DNA of 64,000 nt from Rhynchopus sp. YZ270_cl-10 (taxonomy: Eukaryota). The notes beneath the pieces are model-generated. The model was given only the letters and a program-made list of their open reading frames with translations. It did no database searches and had not been told where the DNA came from. The stretch lies in the NCBI GenBank assembly GCA_964035575.1, contig OZ037835.1, positions 372,001 to 436,000 on the forward strand. The letters run 5' to 3'. This document shows, one piece after another, positions 55,446 to 64,000 of the stretch. The position numbers and the translations under genes are program-made. Numbering within the stretch: position 1 is the stretch's first letter; each line of letters begins with the position of its first letter.

Positions 55446-58162
55446 CGGGTTGCCTACGATCGTAGTACGATCGTTTACGATCGTACCAAAAAACGATCGT
55501 AACGATCGTAAAATATCGTACTACGATCAACTACGATCGTACTACGATCGTAAACGATCGTAGTACGATCATTACGATCGTAGTACGATCGTAGTACGTT
55601 TGCCAAACGAAATAACGAATATCGCTTGAAATACCGTTCGATATTCCTTGCATGGTGTGCATGAAGCACACACAAGGTATATCAAACGATAATCAATCAG
55701 ATAAAACGTTACATCATTGGAAAATTGTTGGCACCGCCGCCCTGTCTTCGTATTTATTACGTCGACAGGCCAAACAACGTTGGGCTCAGAAGAAGCAGTG
55801 CTAGACAGTCACTGGGGATCAACATGAGAACCAACTCCCAACAACACAGGCTACCGAAGTAGCAGGTGGGGTGTTGCGGGTGTTTGGGGTGAAAGAAAAT
55901 CGATTTTGGTAAGTTACAGCAGAAAATTCTTAAGTTTGCAATCGCGAGAAGGGTTACACTGCTCTTGCGAGCTGTGAACCGGTAAGGTTGAGAAGGGTGA
56001 CACGGCATACAAGTACAAGTACAAGTAAGACGTACCTTCTGCAAAGGCTGAATTCGCAATTCTAAGGGATATGAATTCAGCCCCCACATGTTTTTTTGAG
56101 ATGATCATTCCATGGTATACTAGGCGTTCCCGAAGAATGAATCATCCCCTCCTCGTTCATGCAAACTCAAGAAAATTCTGAAGTAACTACAACCTGGCGT
56201 GCGGGTACAGATGCATTGCTTTGTTCTTTCCTCAAAGTCATGTGTGATCTCTCGGGTCTGTACTAAAGTCAGTGTTTAGATAAGCATCCACTTGACTCGT
56301 TCTAACAACCGTTGAAATCTAGAACAAAACAACACACTGCCCCTTCTCACACCAAGCCGCCATGCTTCAAGAGCATGCCCTGGGCAAAAATTACTGTGAC
56401 AAAAATTAGTATTCTGGGGGAACGCAATATTTTCTTGTGTCTAGTCCTCCGCAAGCAGAGGACAGACTTTCCGGATCCCGAAGTCGAATTTCTTGCACTA
56501 GCTATGCTCCCTGGGTTAAATGGCTATAGCAGTGACTGACTAAGAGTTTCATAATAATTAGGGTGGTCTATGGGGTGGGTTAATGGAAAAGTTGGTATAT
56601 AAACCCGACTTTTACGATCGCCACCTGGTTTTGAAATAATTGCACCAGCTCTTCCGTGGGCACTGCTTCGCTGTCACGATGAAGGGTCGTCGGTTCGGGT
56701 ACCTGTTAAGAGAAATTGAATGTAAAAGTAGAGACTACAACAAAAAAACAAACAAACAAGAAGCCGCCCCGTACCCCACGTAAAAGTGACATTTTTGTTG
56801 ACAAAAAAAAAAACGTGCCCGTCTAGGTGTCGATAGCATCGCTGTTATCAGGTCACAGCTGTCAAGGTCCGTCCGATGGCTCGCTGACGCGGCATGGGGA
56901 ACTGCACCACTCGATGCCTACGGCCCTAGCATATCAGCTAGAGCATCTAGGTGGTCTTCACCTCCAACCTCCTCTGCTGGCACATCGGAGGGTGACATGA
57001 TCGACGACGTCCTCGCAGCGGGAGATCGGCCTGCCGCGAATGACGTGCCGCCTGCTGAGGGTGACCCTGAGCCCAACCGTATTTTAAAACTAAAGCGTTC
57101 TGTTTCTCCCCCCTCCCGTAAACAGAATCCATCAACACGTTCTTCAAAAAGAAAACGCTCGTCTTCCCCCAGATCATGCGACAAAACTGCCAAAAAACGG
57201 AAGAAATCCGTCATCAATGCCTCCCCCCTCCGCCCCGCCACCCCCATCTGATGATGGCCCGGTGGGTAGTAGTATCAGCGACATCAGTGTGACATCTGCC
57301 ACACAAGAGAGATCATCGCGCTCGTCTGCGGTGACATAAAAATGTTTAGTATAGTGGAGCACACTCTAGGGTGGCTACACTAATACAACCAAGTTTTCAA
57401 AAAAATCTTAACGTACACTCTCTGTTGATTCTAAAACGGGGGAGGGTAAAAAAGGCGTGAAAGGTAAATTGGGGAAGAGGTTGAAAAGTTGGAACGCTTC
57501 CTCACCCCAGATCACACTACAATACAAAGGTTTGGGTTTGAATAGGGTGGGTTCTTCTGACGATGAAACCTACTCCCTTCTAAACAAAAAAAAATAGCGG
57601 ACATGTCGAAAAGGGAGAAAACCGGGGGGTCAAAAAACATACCTTGCACTCGGCCCACTCTCCAGGTACAAAGAACATCACTGCAACCCACTACTACAAT
57701 AGAAAATAACTATTTTTTACCGAACAGAAAGGTCGTTTTATTGATGAGTGTTTTCTGAGTGCACACTCAGTGGGGACAAAATGCAACACTTCAAGGCATG
57801 CAATACTCCAAGGAATTTGCTAAGGAAAAGTCGATATTGTGGGCCCCTGTAGTAGTGCATATAGTTTACCCCCAGATCGTCAAAACACCCGATTTTTGCG
57901 TTTTTTTGCACTTTTTGGTGCCCAAAAACCCAACTCAGGGGTCGAAATTTTCCCGAAAAAAAAATTTTTTTTTTTGAGATTTTTTGATTTTTTGACAAGG
58001 CGCTGGCCCATACAAAATGCACTGGTGGTACAGAAAATGACTGGGGAATTAACTCTAGATGCTCAAAACAGCCCAATTCTTGCTTTTTTTGACTTTTTGG
58101 TCCCAGAAGGGTACCTAGGGTGTAGTGAGCAGGCCTCAAAAACACTTGTGAAAAAAAAAAAT
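55442..58162. mobile_element. Relative of element E in inverted orientation, interrupted by the non-LTR element
   Basis: CAC start followed by tacgatcg repeats. 55650-56720 is the reverse complement of ~16370-17390, 57615-57715 of ~16015-16115, and 57870-57915 of ~14680-14730. The far TIR is not in the window. Confidence 0.7.
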
Positions 58163-58163
58163 G

Positions 58164-58326
58164 GGGGCACACACGTTTTGCTACACACTACCCGTTTTGT
58201 CCTTTGCTTCTCCCCTTTCCCACTTGTTTCTCCCCCTTGTGTGGGTCCTACCTGTCGCCTCCTAGTGGCGTGTCCTGGGCAGAGAGAAGGCCGTTGAGTA
58301 GTTCCTCTCTGGCGAAGTGCAGGTAG
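58164..58326 (+). ncRNA. HDV-like self-cleaving ribozyme at the 5' end of the non-LTR retrotransposon
   Basis: P1 GGGGCAC(58164-70)/GTGTCCT(58270-76); P2 CTACCTGT(58248-55)/GCAGGTAG(58319-26); P3 GCC/GGC with L3 TCCTAGT; P1.1 GG; P4 CAGAGAG..CTCTCTG; J4/2 GCGAA with the candidate catalytic C at 58313. Confidence 0.85.
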
Positions 58327-58386
58327 AGACGTGTTTTCTTTTTGTTTTTCTTGTCCTTTTTGTTTTTATTTTCCTGTTGGTGAAAG

Positions 58387-61300
58387 ATGGGCAGGTGGAG
58401 AGCCCAGATATGGGCTGTGGTGCTCCTGTGTGGAGCCTTGGATGCAGACGGGGGTAGAGTGAGTTGCAGCACCAGCAGCAGCATCAACAACAGCAGCAAC
58501 AGCATCACTCGCGGCGGCAGCAGCTGCAGCAGCATCAACAACAGCAGCTGCAGAACCAACCGCAGCATCAACGGCAGCGGCAGCAGCAACTACAGCAGCT
58601 GCAGCAGCATCAACAACAGCAGCTGCAGAACCAACCGCAGCATCAACGGCAGCGGCAGCAGCAACTCCAGCAGCAGCATCAGTCGCGGCGGCAGCAGGTG
58701 CAACAGCAGCAGTGGCAGCAGCAATAGCGGCGGCAACAGCACCATCACCAACAGCTGCAGCGGCGCCAATCGCGGCGGCAGCAGAGGCAACAGCAACACA
58801 TGTGGAGGCTACAACAGTAACAGCACTAGGAACTGTTATCATAGCAACCCACACCCCCCTCCCCCCCATAATAACCCCAAAAAGAGGCACTTGATGCCCA
58901 ACCACATCAGTAGCTGCAACTGTGATAGCAGCAGAAATGAACCCCTTGGAGTCCTGGGAGGGGCCCCAGTATCACCCCGGCTGCGCAGTGAAGGGGAGGG
59001 AGGGGAAGGTGACGGAGGCAGCAGCAGCAACCACAACGAGGGCAATTGTAGCAGCAACCGTAGCAGCAACAGCAACAGCAGCTACAGACGCGGCAACAGT
59101 TCTGGTGATCCTAGTTGGGGTGGTGGGGGCTGCGGGAAGGGGCCCAGGGGATGGGTAAGCAGGGCAGGAACGTCGGCTCAACCCCTGATACTGTGGCGGC
59201 ACTCCCAAGGGCTGGTGGCCATGATGGACGAGATCCTGCAGTGGTTCCCCGTCACACAGACAATGTTACCGTCATACGAGCAGGTGGCCAGGTGGACCAC
59301 AATTGTGGGGGCTATGTGGGTCTACGCGCTGGTCATGGCTGTGATGGTGTCAGGGCTGCTCTTCCCACCGAGGCGGCCCAGACGGTACCGCAGGCACTGG
59401 AGGAGACGCAGCCGGCGCTTCTTTCTCATTTACAAGAGGAGTGCTGAGAGGTGGCAGAGCCGTAAGCAGGGGACAGTCCGAATGGAGCCAGGGGCGATGC
59501 GTGGGGGGGCAGATGACGGCAATGTACTGGGCAAGGCGGAGGTCGATGCGCTGCTAGAACGCAATGGAGGGAAGCGCATCGCCAACGACATGCAAGGGAA
59601 CTGCATGTACGTCTCCCTCATGGGCAAGATGGGCAGTTACCTGGACGTAGCCAACGAACGCAAAGAGCTGGCCAGGAGTGCGTTGACGACCGAGAAGAAG
59701 CGCGGCCTCAGAAGACACTTCGACACGGAGGCTGAATTCTCCACGTGGGTGGCAGGGGTGGAAGGAGACGCTTGGGGTGACCTGCTGACGCTACACCACA
59801 TAGCCATGACATGGTCGTTGACGATCCTGGTTGTGCAGCCGGGGGCGTGCCCCATGGTGGTGGTGAACAGGGAACGCCAGTCGAAGAAGAAGACACAAAA
59901 GAAGAAGCCACGGGAGGTGAGGGTGATATCGCTGATTGGGGAACACTACGAGCAGGTGCAGATGGACCCGGCACAGGCTTCCGCACTAGCCAATGCCGCC
60001 CCCATTGCAGAGCTCATCCCATCCCGGCTGGCGGTGTCTCCGATTCCCGGCATGACGAAGGACGCGACTTCTCCACTGGAAGGGGACTCCCCCCTCCTCT
60101 ACTGCCCAGTACCGTGTTGCCAGGGAAGCCGGTTCCACCGGGACATCCCCTTATCCGGTCCAGGGCTACGCGCACATATCGCTGGCCACCTAGCAGAGGG
60201 AGACCACATTCCGCACGACACTCTGCGGAAGTTCGGCCTGGGTCAATGTGGTGTGTGTGACGGCATCCGAGCAGCGAAGAACGAGACGTGCCTGCAATGC
60301 TCGAGGCTGGTACAGGCGGTGCCACGCCCGTCACCCACCATCCGCACACCGGCGCAGGAAGTGGACGACCGCGACATGCCGGACTGGTATGAGATCGCGG
60401 CAGCACCCATCCCGACCCACGACACCGTGCCCAAAGCGATTGACCGGGCGGCGGCGGTGGAGTTCGCGAAGGTGTTGGAAGACGTAGCTGGCTGCAACGA
60501 CGAGAACAGCTGGAAGAGGCTTTGCATGTTCGCAAAACTCGTGTTGTCCAGAAAACGGGGAGGTGCGAACATCAGCAAGAAGGTGGTGGCACAGCGGGAG
60601 GCGGAGGTGACGGAGTGGTCGCAGGGGGAAATTGCGGCGATGTGGTCTGCAGCGACTCGATCTCTTCCTGGGCGTGGGCCGGGCAAGGAGCGGAAGGAGC
60701 CGACGAAGGAGGAGAGGGAGAAAGCGTGTGTCACTGAAGTCCGGAACGGTAGGCTCGCAGCAGGGATGAGTCGTCTCCACAAAGGCGGTACTGCGCCCGT
60801 TACGATAGAGACGACAGCGAAGCTGAGGGCGAAGCACCCGGAGGAGGCCCCACAGGTGGCAAACACCACTGCGCACGTTGCCCTCGAACCCCTGAAGCCC
60901 ATCGACGCCCTGAAGGCCATCAAGAGCATGTCGAAGGGATCATCACCAGGCCCATTCGGTCTCAGGGGCGACCATTTGAAGGAATGGATGGTCAAACACC
61001 CTGACCTCAACCTCCTCCCCCTCATGACGCTAGTCCTGGACCTATTGCGAAGAGGCCAGGCCCCACCTGAGGCAGCAGAATTTCTTGCCGGAGCCACGCT
61101 CGTCGCCCTGAAGAAAGGTGAAACGGATGTCCGCCCCATATCTGCAGGCAACACACTTCGTCGGGTGGTGAGCAAGATTGAAGTGGGATCAGTCCGGACG
61201 CAGGCGCGGGACAAGCTTCTCCCTGGTCGCCAAGTAGGGGTGGCGGTGGATGGTGGACTGGAGGCTGCTACAATGGTGGTGGCGGATTACGTGAAACGCA

Positions 61301-64000
61301 ACCTAGGGAAGAACAAGGTGATAGTCCTCGTGGACTATGAAAACGCTTTCAACAGCATCCACCGGTCCACCTTCCTCGCGGCTACTCGAAAGTACCTCCC
61401 CACCATCTCCCCATGGATCGAGTGGTGTTACGGCAGGCCGACTTCCCTCCTGCACGGCGACGACCTCATCCAGTCGCAACGAGGGGCACAGCAGGGTGAC
61501 CCGGCAGGACCGCTTCTTTTCTCCCTAGGGATCAAGGAACTGACGGAGGAGGTGAAGGCGATGCCGGGGATTGATGCCAGCTTGTGGTACCTGGACGACG
61601 GGACCATCATGGGCCCACCCGAAGCAGTGGGACGGGCGTTGAAGCTGGTGCAGGAGCGGAGCCTGGCGATGGGTCTGCGGGTGAAGCTGGCGAAATGCGA
61701 GGTGATTGCGCTAGGACAGCAGACGCCACGTGACCTAGCACAGGCGGGCTTGCCAGTGTGTGCCCATGGATACCCGGACGACGGTGCGTGCGCAGCATGT
61801 GAGGGCAAGGCCATGAAGGTGCAGTACGGTGGGTTCGCGTTCTTGGGGGCGCCTATCGGTGACGACGAGTTTTGCGAGTCCTACATGGACAAGCAGGTGA
61901 AGGAGTTCGCTGAGCAGCTCCGCCTCCTCAAGGACCTCAAGGACGTACAGGTCGGGTTGACGCTTCTTCGCCAGTGTGAAGGCTTCGCGAGGATGGTGTT
62001 TTACATGCGTGCTATCGGACATGCGTGTACTCATCAGTACCTCAAGGAGTACGACAAGGAGGTCGACGCTGCGCTCGCCTCGTTGATGGGTGACACGGAA
62101 GGGCTTCTCCCAGAGATGGCACGTCGTCAGGCAGCACTTCCCTGCAGAGCTGGAGGCATGGGAGTCCGTCGCATCCGTGACCACTGGACGGCCGCGGCGA
62201 TGGGGTCGCGGAGCGGGCTACATGAGTTGTGTAAGGTGCTAGACCCGGAGTTCCAATGGGATGCGGAAGGGTGGAAAGAGACTGCGACGGAGCACAACCG
62301 ACATGTAGCAGAAGCAGACAAAGTAGACCCTCTGGTGAGACCAGCCACCCCTGTGCGACAAAGGGAGCTATCGGCAGGAATCCTCGAAGAACAGCTGCGG
62401 CGACTGTACCTGGAGGGTGATGCGGCTGATCGGGCACGGATGAACTCCCTCTCCCTTCCGCATGCAGGCGCGTGGCTCATGGCGCCCCCAACGTGGGAAC
62501 ATCACATCCCCCCGGAGCAGTTCCAGGCGGTCTGCAGGATCCGCATGCACCTACCTCTCTTCGCAGACGGGGTCCAGTGCAGGCAGTGTGGGCAGGCCAT
62601 GGACGCGAGAGGCGACCACATTTTCGCCTGCAAGATGGGAGGACACCGCATTCTGAGGCACAACGCAGTACGCGACTTCGTCTACTCCGTTGCGAACGAA
62701 GCAGGTCTAGGCCCCACTCTCGAACCCCAACACCTGGTACTGGGGAACAAGAAGCCAGCAGACCTCTTCCTGTCCACGGGGGTGGGCGAGTCGCGGGGGC
62801 GGGCCATTGACGTGACAGTGTGGACCCCGACGTGCAAGTCGATGGTGCAGGGTGCTGCGGTGGCCAAGGGGTACACGGCAACGAAGGCGGAGGCGGCGAA
62901 GAGGGGGAAGCACCAGGCCGCCTGCATTGCTGCACGGATCACCTTCACTCCATTCGCGTTGGAGACGACGGGAGGGTTCGGGCCTGCGGCATCCACAATC
63001 TGGACGCAAATGCTACGCTTCGCAGCCGACAGGAAGCTGGGCAGCAAGCAGGAGATGTCGCGTCGTTGGGCGTGGGGGATGGGCACTACGCTGCAGCGGA
63101 TGATTGGCAAGTCAGCGATGGACAGAGGGTGTCTGCGCGGGGACACAGCAGGCGCGCTCAGGGAGAGGATAGAGGTGGACGTCGCGCCGTTGCCAGGTGA
63201 GGACGAACACTTCCGACTTCCTCCCGACCACCTGCCTCCCATAGATTATGCACCAGACGACGGTCTATTCGATATCGACGTGTCCGCACTGAACCCCGAA
63301 GAGCCTGCGGAGCACCCTGACCCTCCACCTTGCCCTAACCCGGCGGATGGGAGCGCAACTCGACCACAGACGTTCCACGAAGAACTTTGGAACACCCTCG
63401 GGATGACAGTCCCAACGGTAACAGTGCCGTTCACTGTCGGGGACTGCGCCTTTGATGCAGTCAGGTGGCTGCTACGGGAGTGGAGGGACATCTCCTCTGG
63501 GGACCTGCGGAAGCTTGCAGTGACGAGGGTCAAGCAGGACAGGGACCTGGCGAACTCGGCGGAACCGACTTTCGGGTCGTGGGTGCGCTGGATGAGCGTG
63601 GAGGGGAGTCCGGACACTCGTTCGTGGGCGGACGTGACGGCGTTGGCTGGTCTCTCCCGTGCATTACAGATAGTTGTGGCGGTGGTGCGGGCGGACAGCA
63701 AGACGACATTCCTGAGACCGGCGGCAGCCCCACGAGGTGCGATAGCCCTGCTACACGAAGGACCGGTGGGCGCCGGGCACTACTCCCCTCTAGTGGTAGG
63801 TGCAGTGGCGAGGGGGATGATGATGAAGATGGAGCCACAAATCCCCCCTGTGGAGATGCAGTGCATGAACACCGGAACGCTGTCGTACATGGGTGACAGG
63901 CAGGATAGAGACGGAGAGATGGTGACGTGCGAGGGCTGCGCTGCGGTATTCGAGGACAGCATTGCACATTGGTTCTGTTCGGCGTGCCCACTCAAGTGGT
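58387..64000 (+). CDS. Retrotransposon polyprotein, more than 1870 aa, 3'-incomplete: signal peptide/TM - OTU - Zn fingers - reverse transcriptase - CCHC/RLE endonuclease - OTU - Zn finger
   Basis: Frame +1 is open from ATG 58387 to the window end (hand translation; no frame +1 ORF in the track closes here). RT motifs: SPGPFGL, VRPISAG, DYENAFNSI, QQGDP (61489), YLDD (61588), FLGAPIG. RLE motifs: CRQC..H..C (62578-62631), RHN, KPAD, IDVTV, FALETTGG. OTU1: GNCMY (C at 59602)..WGD..HY (59944). OTU2: GDCAF (63439)..WAD..HY (63778). Confidence 0.93.
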   Translation, partial: MGRWRAQIWAVVLLCGALDADGGRVSCSTSSSINNSSNSITRGGSSCSSINNSSCRTNRSINGSGSSNYSSCSSINNSSCRTNRSINGSGSSNSSSSISRGGSRCNSSSGSSNSGGNSTITNSCSGANRGGSRGNSNTCGGYNSNSTRNCYHSNPHPPPPHNNPKKRHLMPNHISSCNCDSSRNEPLGVLGGAPVSPRLRSEGEGGEGDGGSSSNHNEGNCSSNRSSNSNSSYRRGNSSGDPSWGGGGCGKGPRGWVSRAGTSAQPLILWRHSQGLVAMMDEILQWFPVTQTMLPSYEQVARWTTIVGAMWVYALVMAVMVSGLLFPPRRPRRYRRHWRRRSRRFFLIYKRSAERWQSRKQGTVRMEPGAMRGGADDGNVLGKAEVDALLERNGGKRIANDMQGNCMYVSLMGKMGSYLDVANERKELARSALTTEKKRGLRRHFDTEAEFSTWVAGVEGDAWGDLLTLHHIAMTWSLTILVVQPGACPMVVVNRERQSKKKTQKKKPREVRVISLIGEHYEQVQMDPAQASALANAAPIAELIPSRLAVSPIPGMTKDATSPLEGDSPLLYCPVPCCQGSRFHRDIPLSGPGLRAHIAGHLAEGDHIPHDTLRKFGLGQCGVCDGIRAAKNETCLQCSRLVQAVPRPSPTIRTPAQEVDDRDMPDWYEIAAAPIPTHDTVPKAIDRAAAVEFAKVLEDVAGCNDENSWKRLCMFAKLVLSRKRGGANISKKVVAQREAEVTEWSQGEIAAMWSAATRSLPGRGPGKERKEPTKEEREKACVTEVRNGRLAAGMSRLHKGGTAPVTIETTAKLRAKHPEEAPQVANTTAHVALEPLKPIDALKAIKSMSKGSSPGPFGLRGDHLKEWMVKHPDLNLLPLMTLVLDLLRRGQAPPEAAEFLAGATLVALKKGETDVRPISAGNTLRRVVSKIEVGSVRTQARDKLLPGRQVGVAVDGGLEAATMVVADYVKRNLGKNKVIVLVDYENAFNSIHRSTFLAATRKYLPTISPWIEWCYGRPTSLLHGDDLIQSQRGAQQGDPAGPLLFSLGIKELTEEVKAMPGIDASLWYLDDGTIMGPPEAVGRALKLVQERSLAMGLRVKLAKCEVIALGQQTPRDLAQAGLPVCAHGYPDDGACAACEGKAMKVQYGGFAFLGAPIGDDEFCESYMDKQVKEFAEQLRLLKDLKDVQVGLTLLRQCEGFARMVFYMRAIGHACTHQYLKEYDKEVDAALASLMGDTEGLLPEMARRQAALPCRAGGMGVRRIRDHWTAAAMGSRSGLHELCKVLDPEFQWDAEGWKETATEHNRHVAEADKVDPLVRPATPVRQRELSAGILEEQLRRLYLEGDAADRARMNSLSLPHAGAWLMAPPTWEHHIPPEQFQAVCRIRMHLPLFADGVQCRQCGQAMDARGDHIFACKMGGHRILRHNAVRDFVYSVANEAGLGPTLEPQHLVLGNKKPADLFLSTGVGESRGRAIDVTVWTPTCKSMVQGAAVAKGYTATKAEAAKRGKHQAACIAARITFTPFALETTGGFGPAASTIWTQMLRFAADRKLGSKQEMSRRWAWGMGTTLQRMIGKSAMDRGCLRGDTAGALRERIEVDVAPLPGEDEHFRLPPDHLPPIDYAPDDGLFDIDVSALNPEEPAEHPDPPPCPNPADGSATRPQTFHEELWNTLGMTVPTVTVPFTVGDCAFDAVRWLLREWRDISSGDLRKLAVTRVKQDRDLANSAEPTFGSWVRWMSVEGSPDTRSWADVTALAGLSRALQIVVAVVRADSKTTFLRPAAAPRGAIALLHEGPVGAGHYSPLVVGAVARGMMMKMEPQIPPVEMQCMNTGTLSYMGDRQDRDGEMVTCEGCAAVFEDSIAHWFCSACPLKW

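Larger units (their letters stand above)
58164..64000 (+). mobile_element. CRE-clade-like non-LTR retrotransposon with restriction-like endonuclease (3' end outside the window)
   Basis: 5' ribozyme plus a single long RT-RLE ORF. Confidence 0.92.

Noticed and set aside
54375..55563. ORFs rich in FHNFSQ repeats
   Set aside because: Translation of an AT-rich satellite; no evidence of coding.
56997..57251. 84-aa basic Ser/Lys/Arg-rich ORF
   Set aside because: Short, low complexity, inside a non-autonomous element, and no recognisable domain.
58323..58386. 64-bp GT-AG cis-intron before the retroelement ATG
   Set aside because: The GT lies inside the P2' strand of the ribozyme and no upstream coding exon is evident. 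A trans-splice acceptor or plain UTR is more plausible.
58366..58905. Poly-Gln and poly-Ala ORFs
   Set aside because: Alternative frames of the CAG/CAA-rich tract; only frame +1 is continuous with the RT.
1..64000. tRNA, rRNA or spliced-leader RNA genes (the usual targets of CRE-type elements)
   Set aside because: None recognised by eye. tRNAscan-SE/Infernal would be needed to exclude divergent ones.

Overview
Eukaryotic (protist-like) genomic DNA, not prokaryotic. All recognisable host genes lie on the minus strand and lack introns, yet a spliceosomal GT-AG intron occurs in a transposase and DNA transposons are abundant; this suggests a euglenozoan, perhaps a diplonemid (inference only). 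The backbone is a tandem array of ten genes encoding ubiquitin-like domain + leucine-rich-repeat (UBL-LRR) proteins. Six are intact; four are broken by five insertions with 18-20 bp target-site duplications (TSDs), three at the same nucleotide position in different paralogs. Also present: a frameshifted ankyrin-repeat gene, a few orphan ORFs and gene fragments, a Crypton-type tyrosine-recombinase element, an apparently intact hAT transposon, many nested MITEs and foldback elements, and several satellites. The window ends in a CRE-clade-like non-LTR retrotransposon. It starts with an HDV-like ribozyme and carries one ORF of more than 1870 codons (58387 to the window end; absent from the ORF track because it has no stop). 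The ORF reads signal peptide - Ser/Asn-rich region - transmembrane helix - OTU protease - zinc fingers - reverse transcriptase - restriction-like endonuclease - second OTU - zinc finger. The most unusual signals are this apparently membrane-anchored, double-OTU retroelement protein and the site-specific retroposons that target the UBL-LRR family. All domain calls were made by eye from motifs; no database search was run.
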